Part shown: positions 39,745 to 50,447 of the stretch, one piece after another
How the letters are laid out: the number at the start of each line of letters is the position of its first letter
Position numbering within the stretch: the stretch's first letter is position 1
Assembly (NCBI GenBank): GCA_014685065.1
Contig: GCA_014685065.1_4092.1
Reading direction: 5' to 3' (one strand)
Source: a phage
DNA: 64,000 nt
Program-made: the position numbers and the translations under genes
Notes under the pieces: model-generated
Database searches by the model: none
Told to the model about the DNA's origin: nothing
Seen by the model: the letters and a program-made list of their open reading frames with translations, nothing else

Positions 39745-39759
39745 TGTCTATTTCCTTTA

Positions 39760-40248
39760 TTATACGGATTCAACGATACGTGCCATCTTTTCCGCTCGTG
39801 AAGTGGTTTGTTTATACCATGTACTATCACGCAATTCTTTACCAGCAGTTTTGTAATCAGCTTTACCTAATGCGGTCATTGCTTTTTTAAATTTCAAAAC
39901 TTTGGTTTTTCCCATTTGGAATACCATTAACCATAATACACGTTGTACCTGTACTGGTGCGGTCATACCGAATTGTTCATAAATTGATTTTGCATCATTG
40001 TACGCAGTTTGAGCATCTTTGAGAAGAAGTTGGTCAGCTTGAGCTTCGGTCAAACCATTCTTGAAATTTTCACCAGGAAGAACTAGATGACCATAACCAA
40101 TAGTATCAAGACCTAAACTGTCTTTATATACCCAAAACTTATCATTTTTAAAATAACCAAGTTTTTTCTGATAAGCAATAGTTCCTTCAAATTCTTTAAT
40201 TTCCTTAAAAAATTGCTCATCTGTATTTTTAATTTCCCATTTACTCAT
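39760..40248 (-). CDS. phage lysozyme (T4 e-like, GH24-type)
   Basis: 162 aa with DSLGLDTIGYGHL and following helical region typical of T4-type lysozymes; paralogous to the C-terminus of the adjacent hub protein. Confidence 0.7.
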   Translation of the reverse strand: MSKWEIKNTDEQFFKEIKEFEGTIAYQKKLGYFKNDKFWVYKDSLGLDTIGYGHLVLPGENFKNGLTEAQADQLLLKDAQTAYNDAKSIYEQFGMTAPVQVQRVLWLMVFQMGKTKVLKFKKAMTALGKADYKTAGKELRDSTWYKQTTSRAEKMARIVESV

Positions 40249-40284
40249 AAAGATATCCTCGTTTTATTTATAGTGCTAAAATAT

Positions 40285-42948
40285 TTATTGACATGCCTCC
40301 AAACGACGAGCCATTAACTCCGCACGGCGTGTGGTTTGGCGATACCAAGCAGAATTGCGGATTTGTGCCGCTGCTTGTTTATAATTACCTTTTGCCATTT
40401 CTGATAACATAGTTTTAAATTTCAATACACCACCTTTACCCATCTGAAATACCATTTGGCATAGTACTTGTTGAGCAAGATAAGGAGTTTTCATGTTATA
40501 TGAAGCATAAATTGATTTGGCATCATAAATTGCTTTACTACTATCACGAACTAACATATCATTTGCTTGTTGTTCAGTTATTCCATCAGAGAAGTTTTCA
40601 CCGCTAACAATTAAGTGACCGTAACCAATAGTTGGATATCCACGACTATCTAAATAACGCCAGAACTTACCATTACGATAATATCCCTTTGCTTGTTGAT
40701 ATTGTAATGTACCCTCATATTCTTTTAATTCAGAAATAAACTGAGCATCACCTGGAACAACTTTCCAATCTATGGCTGTTTTATCAACATTACCTATATT
40801 ATAAGTTGGTTGCTCAACTGGCGTAGTTGAAACACCACTTCTTTGTGTTCTTCTTCGACGAGGAACATGTCGTGAACCACGTTGTGAATAACCTGTACCA
40901 ATTGTTTTAATTTTTGTAGTAACTACTAATTCATCACTATCAACAGAAGGTTGCACTACTGCTTGAGGTGCAGATTGATTGGTTGCTTTTCCTGCAATTA
41001 ATGTTTTATTGGCTGCGTCAGAACCAGTACCAGTTTGAGATGCATAAAATAGACCCGGATCAACTGAACCGCTAAAACCAAGCACGTTAGCTGATGTAAC
41101 ACGTATTTCAAACTGTATAACACCATTTGCTTTACCAACAACTTGTCCTTTTTGAACAACATCTTTGTTTAATAAATCAGATTGAATATTATAAAATACA
41201 GATTTATATCCTGACTTATGTTGTATTAACAGTGCACCATTAGTAATTACTATTACACCACCATCGGGTGCAACTATGTCACCTTTACATTGTATTTCCC
41301 ATCCAGAACGATCTGACTTCCCACCACTTTGTGTTGGAACACCTTTCCCCCAATAACCATATTGGCGAATAGTACCACTACATGGCATGAACATATGTAA
41401 ACCTTCATATGTAATACTATATCCAGTCATCCCAGGGTCAGATGTCATTAAATCTTGAGATTGCACTTGTTCAGTTTCTGATGTATAGTTTACAAACTGA
41501 ACAGCTTCTGTATCTTGTGCAACTGGTAGTTCTGGCGATACATCGTTTGCTGGCTGTGGTTGAACTGGTGATTCACTTGAGCCACTCCCCCCACCTTGCC
41601 TTGGTGGTTCAACATAACTACCATGATTTTCAGCATTAACCCAAGCGGCAATATCATGAATGTGTTCATTAAGACCAGCAGATGGTGTTCTGAAATTTGG
41701 TGCAGTAAATTCAGCAGTACCGCTATTACCACCACTATTAACTGTTAATGTTTGACCTCCACCACTAACAATTGCTGAAGATGAACCAATTAAGTTTGCA
41801 GATGTAGAAGCAGAAATAGACGCATTTGAACCAGCAGTAATATCAGTACTGCTACCACTTTGCATACGTAATGATGCAGCAGTAACTAAACGAAGGTCTG
41901 CCCCAGAATTAACAACAACTTGTCCACCAACTTTTGCATCAAGAGCACCAATTAGATCTAATTTAGTATTTGCACCAACTCGTGCATTGAAATCTTGTCC
42001 GGTTTCAATATTATATGAACGTCCAGCAGTAATATTAATATCTTGACCAGCACGAATATTAATATTCTTATCACAGTGCATGTCAATATCACCTTCACCA
42101 GTGAATTTTATACGTGCAGTGCCATCACGGTTAATTAAAAGAACATCACCAGTAGCTTCTGATAAAAGAAGTTGTGCACCACTACGTGTTTTTATTACGA
42201 CACCTTCATTTTTACGAGAACCAACACGTGTATCGTTTACTGGGTTATTAAATTGTGTATCTTGATATCCATCTGGGTCTTGATCCCACGTTGGTGCTGT
42301 TAATTCCTCTTCAGTATATCCATCATCAATAATAAAACTATTACCACGTGGCGAAGACATACCATATACAGTACTGGTGGTTTGTCGAGTACTACTACGA
42401 TTCGCCAACCCAGCTTCTTCGTCATATAAAAGGTTTTGCTTTTTAAGACCTGCGATAATTGGAACGTTAGCATATTTGTCTTGCATATCGGTAGTGATAG
42501 TGTTACGATCATAGTCAGTAACAGGAAGTGGCATATCAGTTCCACCATAATTACTTACTTCAGTTGCCATGCCTGGAACCATAGTATTCATACGCTGGTC
42601 ATATACACAACCAATCCAATATGCTTGGAATGTACGGGCTTGTGCAAAAATTACAACAACTGTACACCCTACGTCTGGTGGTACTGCCCAAAAACCGTAT
42701 CCTTTTGGATATTGACCATATGCATCAGCACTTGGAATACCTGGTGTTTTACCAGCAAAAGGAGACATGTAAGATGCTTCTATCCATGATTCTTTTGAGT
42801 TTTTATCACTTTGAGAACCTTGTATCCAAACTTTCAGTTTTCCTGATTTAGTTGGATCTCTGTTATCCATAACAGTTGCTAACTGCGGATAAGATGGGTC
42901 AAAACGACCCAACTGCTGTTGTGCATACTTTTTACTTGTATCTGCCAT
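40285..42948 (-). CDS. baseplate hub/cell-puncturing protein (gp5-like) with C-terminal lysozyme domain
   Basis: 887 aa; N-terminal gp5/gpV-like OB region (GKLKVWIQG...); central degenerate M23-like segment; C-terminal ~160 aa lysozyme domain (GYPTIGYGHL...). Confidence 0.65.
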   Translation of the reverse strand: MADTSKKYAQQQLGRFDPSYPQLATVMDNRDPTKSGKLKVWIQGSQSDKNSKESWIEASYMSPFAGKTPGIPSADAYGQYPKGYGFWAVPPDVGCTVVVIFAQARTFQAYWIGCVYDQRMNTMVPGMATEVSNYGGTDMPLPVTDYDRNTITTDMQDKYANVPIIAGLKKQNLLYDEEAGLANRSSTRQTTSTVYGMSSPRGNSFIIDDGYTEEELTAPTWDQDPDGYQDTQFNNPVNDTRVGSRKNEGVVIKTRSGAQLLLSEATGDVLLINRDGTARIKFTGEGDIDMHCDKNINIRAGQDINITAGRSYNIETGQDFNARVGANTKLDLIGALDAKVGGQVVVNSGADLRLVTAASLRMQSGSSTDITAGSNASISASTSANLIGSSSAIVSGGGQTLTVNSGGNSGTAEFTAPNFRTPSAGLNEHIHDIAAWVNAENHGSYVEPPRQGGGSGSSESPVQPQPANDVSPELPVAQDTEAVQFVNYTSETEQVQSQDLMTSDPGMTGYSITYEGLHMFMPCSGTIRQYGYWGKGVPTQSGGKSDRSGWEIQCKGDIVAPDGGVIVITNGALLIQHKSGYKSVFYNIQSDLLNKDVVQKGQVVGKANGVIQFEIRVTSANVLGFSGSVDPGLFYASQTGTGSDAANKTLIAGKATNQSAPQAVVQPSVDSDELVVTTKIKTIGTGYSQRGSRHVPRRRRTQRSGVSTTPVEQPTYNIGNVDKTAIDWKVVPGDAQFISELKEYEGTLQYQQAKGYYRNGKFWRYLDSRGYPTIGYGHLIVSGENFSDGITEQQANDMLVRDSSKAIYDAKSIYASYNMKTPYLAQQVLCQMVFQMGKGGVLKFKTMLSEMAKGNYKQAAAQIRNSAWYRQTTRRAELMARRLEACQ

Positions 42949-42961
42949 AATATTTTATTCC

Positions 42962-45211
42962 TTAATCAACTATACTATCGTGACGTTTGAGTGCACGAAT
43001 TACAATTGCAGCTTGAATTTGTTGTGTAAAAGAACCACCTGCACCAAAATCATGAACAATTTTATTAACACGATAAATTGTTTGGTTAAATGTGGTTGGT
43101 GTATTAATATCCAAAACACCAGTGTTATCATTTATTGATATTACTGGTTGTAATTTTAGTAATAGATACGCTTCAGATGTTATATAATTTGCTACATGAT
43201 AATCATCTGGGTTAATTTCCATATCTTCACCATTAATTACTTGTTCTAGATATTGTAAGTAAGAGTAATCACTCCACCCTAACCAGTACGGGTCGCCTAC
43301 TACACGCATATCGAGTTTACACAAAAAAGGTCTATTGTAATAGTTGTCACGTATTTTACGTCTATCCATTTCATATGTGCTGCTGTTATCGTTTAACGAA
43401 GCGGATAAAGTTGTTTCATTGTTAGTTGCTTCGGTTGGCATTGTGAACACTTCACCATAACGGTGACCAACACCATCAGTACCGCCATCGTTTTCTTCAT
43501 AAGTGGTTACATAATCTTCAATATATTGAGGTAAAACATTGACTTGATAGTTATTATAACGGTCTTGTTCTTCTGCGTTACCAACCTGCATTTGATTTTT
43601 TGCTAAAGTTTCAACTTCAGTTAACAATTGTTGTTGGGCTTGTGTTAACATCCCTCCTAAATCACGAGTTACACGTAAATCACTTGTTTTTGCCCATGCG
43701 TCTGGTATACTATTGTATTGTACACCTTGAATATTGAGTTCTTGGGATGTATGTGTACCTGCATGGTTCGCTACATCTTGTATCGGACCAGGGTTACGTG
43801 TAGTGGCTACGAAAAATTGCTGATCAAATTTCAAATCCAAATCAAGTATCTCACTATTAAGCCCACTAAATTGATAATTATAAGTTTTCATGTTTATTTT
43901 TGGTTTTTGATCATTAGGATCTACGTATTTTTCTGCGTTCTCAAAAAAGTACTCAAATGTGAAATTTTCAGGTTGTAAATCCGATTCATGAACAATATCA
44001 CCTATTTTAAATCTAACAATATAAAAAATTACTTTATAAACAGAAGTATTACGATAATTATCAAAACCAACGTATTGTTTAACTGGTATAATGTTTACAA
44101 ATTGACGCACACTAGTACTATCATCGGCTTGTACAGTACATGTATCAATAACGTCATCAATAATTCGAGATATAGGAGTACTTGGGTTCCATGAAAAGTT
44201 TTTAGAACCTTGTGCACCACTTTTAGTTGTTCCGGCCTCTGCCATTTGTTTAGAATCATAGTTTATAAACAAATCTTGCAAATCAGGTGCTACTTTAAAT
44301 TCGAAAAATTTACCTTCGGATAATTCACCAAATTTATATCTAAGATAACCATATTGTTGGTCAGCCATCTGATTTAATTTATCTTCTAAATCAAAGCAGA
44401 AGTCACCAAAGTTTTCAGCAGTACAATTGAATGGTTCTTTTAAGGTCCATTCAATGTTATCAACTAAAGCTGCTCTATTATGAACTAAGTTCATAGTATA
44501 CATCATAGTACTACCACTTTGTGAAGCACTTGCAGTAACACTATTAATTTTAACTGACCAGCGTCTTGTTGTTTCTGGGATAATTTCAGGTATTCCATTT
44601 TTATTAAAGCCAATAAACTTTAATTCCAAGATCAATGGCAAGTCCATAAATTTATGATATCTAAGTTTGTTACTTAACGAAATTAATTCATCATATAGAC
44701 TCATACTATTATTTTCAGACATATTAAGTACTGCTGTATTAAAACAATAGTTTGTTGTCATTCCTGGTGTTGAAGGTCCAGCTTGTGTCATTTGTACACT
44801 AGTGATATTATATTTGCCAGTAACACCACTTTCTGATATCACATGTCGTTGCACTTCTGCATCTGGGTAAAGCCAAAAGTTTTTAAAATCATCTTTATCT
44901 AAGGCAAATAAACAAAAGTGCCAAGTTGGGTTATCATATTTCAATAATTTATTGTCATACGGTATTACAAATTGACTTAAATCGAGATCTTCATAAACTT
45001 GATCAACACTAGCACTTTGTTTTGGTAATGATACTACATTACTTACATTTGCTTTGTAATTATTTTTTGTAATAGTTTTTACATCATTTTGTAATGTATT
45101 TGCTGTAGCTTTCAAACTATCAAGTGCATTAGATGTGGTGGTTTTAGCCTTACCAGTAATACTTGTAATATCATTTTGAAAATTATCAACTGTACTTCGT
45201 AAATCTGCCAT
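42962..45211 (-). CDS. hypothetical baseplate protein (possibly hub, gp27-like by position)
   Basis: 749-aa ORF immediately upstream of the gp5-like gene; GGAG RBS; no motif recognised. Confidence 0.35.
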   Translation of the reverse strand: MADLRSTVDNFQNDITSITGKAKTTTSNALDSLKATANTLQNDVKTITKNNYKANVSNVVSLPKQSASVDQVYEDLDLSQFVIPYDNKLLKYDNPTWHFCLFALDKDDFKNFWLYPDAEVQRHVISESGVTGKYNITSVQMTQAGPSTPGMTTNYCFNTAVLNMSENNSMSLYDELISLSNKLRYHKFMDLPLILELKFIGFNKNGIPEIIPETTRRWSVKINSVTASASQSGSTMMYTMNLVHNRAALVDNIEWTLKEPFNCTAENFGDFCFDLEDKLNQMADQQYGYLRYKFGELSEGKFFEFKVAPDLQDLFINYDSKQMAEAGTTKSGAQGSKNFSWNPSTPISRIIDDVIDTCTVQADDSTSVRQFVNIIPVKQYVGFDNYRNTSVYKVIFYIVRFKIGDIVHESDLQPENFTFEYFFENAEKYVDPNDQKPKINMKTYNYQFSGLNSEILDLDLKFDQQFFVATTRNPGPIQDVANHAGTHTSQELNIQGVQYNSIPDAWAKTSDLRVTRDLGGMLTQAQQQLLTEVETLAKNQMQVGNAEEQDRYNNYQVNVLPQYIEDYVTTYEENDGGTDGVGHRYGEVFTMPTEATNNETTLSASLNDNSSTYEMDRRKIRDNYYNRPFLCKLDMRVVGDPYWLGWSDYSYLQYLEQVINGEDMEINPDDYHVANYITSEAYLLLKLQPVISINDNTGVLDINTPTTFNQTIYRVNKIVHDFGAGGSFTQQIQAAIVIRALKRHDSIVD

Positions 45212-45222
45212 ACGTTACTCCA

Positions 45223-45537
45223 TTAGCCTATGTTTCGAGTACCATTAAGATAATTCTGTACTCTTTGATTTGCTGGTATTCTAATTGTTACTCCACTTTT
45301 AAAATTATATATAGGATCTTCTCCTAGTATGTCTGGATTTAACAATGCGAAAATATAATATAAGCGTTCATTACCATACATTTCGTATGCTAAACGCCAA
45401 GGTTGATATTCATATTTCAATGGGATCTCATAAAAATCATCAGTATCAGCCGGAACAATATCACGTGGTAAATTATACCCAAGATACCATGTTTGTTTCA
45501 CCTTAGCGTAAGGTGAGTATTGACTATAGTTGGACAT
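45223..45537 (-). CDS. hypothetical protein
   Basis: 104-aa ORF, start overlaps the upstream stop by 1 nt. Confidence 0.4.
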   Translation of the reverse strand: MSNYSQYSPYAKVKQTWYLGYNLPRDIVPADTDDFYEIPLKYEYQPWRLAYEMYGNERLYYIFALLNPDILGEDPIYNFKSGVTIRIPANQRVQNYLNGTRNIG

Positions 45538-46268
45538 TAAATGAATCCTCCTTTACGTAATAGTTCACCACGTTTGAATGCATTGAGGTTGAACGTTTTA
45601 GTCATATAATCCGATGTTGGTTGTTCTTCAAGTTGTAACATAACTGAGATTTTTTGTGGAACCCAAACTTCATCTTGTGGGTTCATATATCCAGTACTTC
45701 TAAGTTGTTCGAAGAATTTTCTACTATCCATGTCGGATAAATTAAAAGTACTATCGCTACTATTCAACGGAACTTGAATATAAGAAACATCATTTGGGTA
45801 AGTAAAATTATAAGATTTTAAAATAACAGGAATATCATTATATGTATAACGACCATATCCACTTAGAAGTAAGATTGGTGGTGGTGCACCTGCAATTGCG
45901 AGTTCGGGGTTATTAGCCGAAGCAGCTTGTCTACCAAAATCCATCAATGAAACAGAACGTATAAAATGAACACATGCCAACGCATACATAGCTTCTGCTG
46001 CTGTATTTGCATAAAATTCACCCTGAATAGTGAAAACTGTATTAGTAGTGTTCTTATAGTTGTTATAGTTACTGTTGGTATGTATAGGAGACTGTGTTTC
46101 ATACTGAATTGACCTTTGTTCAGTAATTGTTGGTGTTACAGTCCAAACCAACCCATTAGTTGGACGCAGAAACGAAAGTAGTGTTGGTTCGGAGCTATCC
46201 CCGAAATCACCATATACATAGTTAGCACCTGCGGCTTTAGGTCGTAATCGAATTCTACGATCAATCAT
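45537..46268 (-). CDS. hypothetical protein (start shortened)
   Basis: ORF-track start 46358 would overlap the 46315-46342 promoter; internal ATG at 46268 has GGAG 9 nt upstream. Confidence 0.4.
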   Translation of the reverse strand: MIDRRIRLRPKAAGANYVYGDFGDSSEPTLLSFLRPTNGLVWTVTPTITEQRSIQYETQSPIHTNSNYNNYKNTTNTVFTIQGEFYANTAAEAMYALACVHFIRSVSLMDFGRQAASANNPELAIAGAPPPILLLSGYGRYTYNDIPVILKSYNFTYPNDVSYIQVPLNSSDSTFNLSDMDSRKFFEQLRSTGYMNPQDEVWVPQKISVMLQLEEQPTSDYMTKTFNLNAFKRGELLRKGGFI

Positions 46269-46314
46269 CTTTTTGATTCTCCATAATAAGGGAACATTTG
46301 ATGTATTTATACGT

Positions 46315-46342
46315 GGGACAAAATGCTTTTTGGTGCTATAAT
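46315..46342 (+). promoter_or_regulatory. sigma70-type early promoter (GGGACA, 16 nt, TGcTATAAT)
   Basis: Same architecture as 801-828; followed by perfect palindrome GGTACAA-gga-TTGTACC (46352-46368) and the gp55-like gene. Confidence 0.5.
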
Positions 46343-46399
46343 AACATTGATGGTACAAGGATTGTACCTATTGGATTTAAACATGGAGAGTAAAATACA

Positions 46400-47239
46400 A
46401 TGACAAATAGGCCAAAGCGTAAAAAGTATCTCAATAATGCTGATTTACTTCGTGAAATACAAAAAAGTAAGATTTCATACTGCTGGTTATTAGACAAATC
46501 ATATAGTATGTATGATTATATTGTTTTTCATGAGTCAGAAATTACTGCTGAGTTACTTGAAAAAGCCAAAGCAGCACGAATCAAACGACTAAACAATGAA
46601 ATGCTTGATAGTATTCGTGAAAAGGAAAGTATGAGTGCTAAAAAAGCTAAAGAATATGCAGATGAAAATAATTTAGTTATCACTGATGTTCCAATCGATG
46701 AAGTTGTTATTCGTGTTATCACTGATGAACATATTCCACCCGACACTAGAGTTAACTTTGAACCATTCAAGCATTACATTGTAGATAATGAAGGAATTCT
46801 CTATGAAGTATGTCGTTCTCATTGGAAAGGAGATCTTGAAACTGGTGAATTCAGTACTGTTCATGGTAAAATTACAAATGAACTAGGGAAGATGTTCATT
46901 AAACTTGCTGAGGAAATCTCTCATAAATCTAATTACAGAAACTATACATACTTAGATGAAATGATGGGTGATGCAAGAATACAATTAGTTAAAAACGCAC
47001 TTCTCTTTAAAGAGAGCATTCTTTATAAAAAAGATAAACCAGCAGTTCAGCTAAATCCTTTCTCTTACTATACATCATTCGTAAACAATAGTTTTCGTTC
47101 TATATTGAATAGTGAGAAAAATGTTCGAAATATACGTGATGATTTACTTGAAATGCATGGCTTTACGCCATCACATACACGTCAAATTGAGATTGAATTG
47201 AACATGATTGAAAGGAAAAATGAAGATGGCTCTGTTTGA
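46400..47239 (+). CDS. late-transcription sigma factor, gp55-like
   Basis: N-terminal KKYLNNADLLREIQ resembles T4 gp55 (recalled from memory) with further collinear segments; sits next to gp47/gp46 as in T4. Confidence 0.55.
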   Translation: MTNRPKRKKYLNNADLLREIQKSKISYCWLLDKSYSMYDYIVFHESEITAELLEKAKAARIKRLNNEMLDSIREKESMSAKKAKEYADENNLVITDVPIDEVVIRVITDEHIPPDTRVNFEPFKHYIVDNEGILYEVCRSHWKGDLETGEFSTVHGKITNELGKMFIKLAEEISHKSNYRNYTYLDEMMGDARIQLVKNALLFKESILYKKDKPAVQLNPFSYYTSFVNNSFRSILNSEKNVRNIRDDLLEMHGFTPSHTRQIEIELNMIERKNEDGSV

Positions 47240-48257
47240 TAAAGCAATTACATTCACTGATATTCACTTAGGTTTAAAGAATAACAGCAAGCAACACAAT
47301 GAAGATTGTTTAAACTTCATTAAATTCATGATTGATGTAGCTAAAAAAAATAATATCAAAGTTTGTGTTTTTATGGGAGATTATTTTCATAATAGAAGTA
47401 ATATCAATATTCAAACACTAAACTATGGTTTACAAATTCTTCAATTATTAAATGATAATTTTGAAAAAGTATATTTTTTAGTAGGCAACCATGATATGTA
47501 TCATAAAAACAAACGTGATATAACAAGTATCAATATGGCTCAAGTTTATGAAAATATAGAATTCATTAATGAAATTACAACATTTGATGATTGTACTTTC
47601 ATTCCATTTATGATTGAAGATGAATATAAGTTGTTACCTCAACTAAAAAGTAAGTATGTTTTTGGTCACTTAGAGTTACCAGGTTACTTGCTTAACAAAA
47701 TGGTAGAAATGCCTGATCATGGAAAAGAAACAGAAGGTTCTTTTGGTGGTTGTGAGTATGTTTTTAGTGGACATTTTCATAAAAGGCAGTCAAAAACAAC
47801 TTCAAAAGGAACTCGTGTAGTTTATACTGGTAATTGTTTTCCACATAATTTTTCCGATACATGGGATGATGCAAGAGGTGTGATGATTCTTGAACATGGA
47901 AAAGAACCTATTTTCAAGTCATGGGATAATGCACCAAAATATAGAACATTCACACTTTCTGAATTGTTGACTGATCCAAGCTATTATCTACAAGATAACA
48001 CAATATCAAAAGTTCAAGTTGATATATCAATAACAACTGATGAGATTAGTTTTATTCGTGATACATTTACTAAACTTTATAACATTAGGGAGTTTAATGT
48101 TGTAACTAGCAAGCAAAGTATTTCAGAATTAATCGAAGATGGTGTTAGTTTTGAAAGTACTGAATCAGTTGATGAGATAGTTTTACAGCAAATTATGGAA
48201 ATTGATTCACCAATGTTTGATAAAAATCTTCTAATCCAAATTTACAGATCGTTATAA
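47220..48257 (+). CDS. recombination nuclease subunit, SbcD/Mre11-like (T4 gp47-like)
   Basis: Calcineurin-like phosphoesterase motifs: GDYFH, GNHDM, GHLE, GHFH. ORF-track start 47208; ATG 47220 with AAAGGA RBS preferred. Confidence 0.8.
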   Translation: MKMALFDKAITFTDIHLGLKNNSKQHNEDCLNFIKFMIDVAKKNNIKVCVFMGDYFHNRSNINIQTLNYGLQILQLLNDNFEKVYFLVGNHDMYHKNKRDITSINMAQVYENIEFINEITTFDDCTFIPFMIEDEYKLLPQLKSKYVFGHLELPGYLLNKMVEMPDHGKETEGSFGGCEYVFSGHFHKRQSKTTSKGTRVVYTGNCFPHNFSDTWDDARGVMILEHGKEPIFKSWDNAPKYRTFTLSELLTDPSYYLQDNTISKVQVDISITTDEISFIRDTFTKLYNIREFNVVTSKQSISELIEDGVSFESTESVDEIVLQQIMEIDSPMFDKNLLIQIYRSL

Positions 48258-48265
48258 GGGACTAT

Positions 48266-50413
48266 ATGCTAAACATTACACGTATATCTATGAGGAACTT
48301 CTTTTCATTTGGTAATGCACCACAATCAATTGATTTGAATGGTTCCGACATTTCATTAGTACTGGGTCAAAATAATGATGCAGTTATTGAAGGTGGTGAC
48401 AGTACCGGACGTCGAAATGGTGTAGGGAAAAGTGCTATTATTCAAGGATTAGTTTTTGGATTATTTGGTAAAAGTATTGGTAATGATATTAAAATTCCGA
48501 ACCTAGTCAATAAAACTAATGGCAAAAATTGTGAAGTAGTTGTAGAGTTTGAAAAAGATGGTGTACAATATCTGGTTGAACGTGGGAGAAGTCCCACGTA
48601 TTTCAATTTTGTTACTTTAGGGAAAGATAATAAAATTGAAGATGAATCAAGGGGAGAAAAGAAAGACACACAAGAAGATTTGAATGAAATTCTTGGTATA
48701 TCTCAATTATTATTTGAACATATTGTAGTACTGAATGCTAACGTTGAACCTTTCTTAGCTTTATCCACACAAAAACAACGTGATATGATAGAAGAACTTC
48801 TTGGAATAACACAGTTGACGGAAAAAGCTGAAATGCTAAAGGAGATGTATAAGGATACTAAACGTTTAGCCGAACAAGAAAAGTTCAAAAATGAAACTGT
48901 AGCTGCAAGTAATGAACGTATTCAAAAAAGTATTGAGGCACTACAAGAACAGGCAAACCAGTTTGAAATTGATAAAAATAATAGAGTATCTAAGTTAAAT
49001 GAAGAGTTGAATATATATAAAACTTTAGACTTTAATGACCTCTATGAAGCTGCGGACATAAAAGAGAAAGCTCTTATTCATAACGCAAAGCGTGGTGAAA
49101 TCGAACGCCGTGTACAAGAGTTGGCTTTAAAATTTGATGCATATGACCGTGAACTTGAAAGATCTAAAAGAGCATTAAATCTAAGCATTGATAAGCTAAA
49201 AACTATTGATATTAGTGCAGAATTGGAAAATCATAATGAGTTGGAGATATGGAAACAGTTAGAGGGTATTCTAAAAGAGAATAATAACCAAAAACGTTTC
49301 AAAGAACAAAAACTAAACTCACTAAAAATAGCTTTAAAAGGATATGAATGTTCAATTAATGCTGAAATTGACAAATTATCAACAGTTGAAAACAGCAAAT
49401 GTCCACTTTGTATGTCTGAATTGGAACATAACGAACATACTTCTTCAATTAAAGACAAAATCCAAAGTACTATTAATGATCTTCAAGCTAAAATTGATAG
49501 TTCTTCTTCTGAAATTGAAACATTACTTCAAGAAATTGATAGTATTGAGATTTTTGATATGCCACCTAAGCCTGTGACATATTATAATACACTTTCAGAA
49601 GCACAAATGCATGAACATAAGCTTCAAGAATTGGTCAGAAAGAGTGAAGAAGAACAAATAAACATCTATGCAAATGAACTTATGTCATCATATGATGAAC
49701 TTAACTCATATGAACTAATGGAAGTTCCAGATACATTAAACAAATATGAAGTTAAAGAGTTAGAAATGACTGTAAATTCATTATCACAGCAATTAGATCG
49801 TGAATTGAAGACTACTAACACATTTATTAGCCAAATTAATACCCTGAAGACTGATTCTTTAGTACCAATTGATTATAGCGACTATAATAATCTTGATAAA
49901 ATGTCAAATCACCAAGATTTCTTGGTTAAATTACTTTTAAACAAGGATTCTTATGTCCGTAAACGTATTATTGAGCAAAATATATCATATTTGAATACAC
50001 GACTTCAGTACTATATCGATATGTGCGGTTCTGAGCATAATGTTGTGTTTTTGAATGATTTGAGTGTTGAAATTGAGAAGAGTGGACAGTACTTTGACTA
50101 TAAACAGCTTAGTAGAGGTGAGCGTACAAGGGTAAACATCGCATTATCTTGTGCTTTCCGTGATACATATGAGTCATTATACCAAAGTATTAATATTCTT
50201 ATCATTGATGAGATGATTGACCAAGGTCTTGACTCAAGTGGTGTTCTACGTGTGTGGTCTATCTTCCAAGATATGGCTGCTGTACGTGGTAAGAACGTTT
50301 ATGCTATTTCCCACAGAGAAGAGTTACTATCTAAGACTGAAAAAATCCTCAAAGTTGTTAAAGAGGACGGTTTCAGTACTGTTGAATATGCAACCCTTGA
50401 TGATGTTTTCTAA
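48266..50413 (+). CDS. recombination ATPase subunit, SbcC/Rad50-like (T4 gp46-like)
   Basis: N-terminal Walker A NGVGKSAIIQGLVFGLFGKS, long central coiled-coil, C-terminal Walker B ILIIDEMIDQGLD. Confidence 0.8.
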   Translation: MLNITRISMRNFFSFGNAPQSIDLNGSDISLVLGQNNDAVIEGGDSTGRRNGVGKSAIIQGLVFGLFGKSIGNDIKIPNLVNKTNGKNCEVVVEFEKDGVQYLVERGRSPTYFNFVTLGKDNKIEDESRGEKKDTQEDLNEILGISQLLFEHIVVLNANVEPFLALSTQKQRDMIEELLGITQLTEKAEMLKEMYKDTKRLAEQEKFKNETVAASNERIQKSIEALQEQANQFEIDKNNRVSKLNEELNIYKTLDFNDLYEAADIKEKALIHNAKRGEIERRVQELALKFDAYDRELERSKRALNLSIDKLKTIDISAELENHNELEIWKQLEGILKENNNQKRFKEQKLNSLKIALKGYECSINAEIDKLSTVENSKCPLCMSELEHNEHTSSIKDKIQSTINDLQAKIDSSSSEIETLLQEIDSIEIFDMPPKPVTYYNTLSEAQMHEHKLQELVRKSEEEQINIYANELMSSYDELNSYELMEVPDTLNKYEVKELEMTVNSLSQQLDRELKTTNTFISQINTLKTDSLVPIDYSDYNNLDKMSNHQDFLVKLLLNKDSYVRKRIIEQNISYLNTRLQYYIDMCGSEHNVVFLNDLSVEIEKSGQYFDYKQLSRGERTRVNIALSCAFRDTYESLYQSINILIIDEMIDQGLDSSGVLRVWSIFQDMAAVRGKNVYAISHREELLSKTEKILKVVKEDGFSTVEYATLDDVF

Positions 50414-50424
50414 TTAAAGTTAAA

Positions 50425-50447
50425 GGGAGCCTTAGCTCCCTTTTTTT
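50425..50447. terminator. bidirectional intrinsic terminator
   Basis: GGGAGC-CTTA-GCTCCC hairpin followed by TTTTTTT; the stop codon of the minus-strand gene lies in the loop. Confidence 0.65.

Noticed and set aside
40285-42948. Active M23 metallopeptidase domain in the hub protein
   Set aside because: The beta-core-like segment lacks recognisable HxxxD and HxH zinc ligands, so it is reported only as a possibly degenerate M23-like fold.
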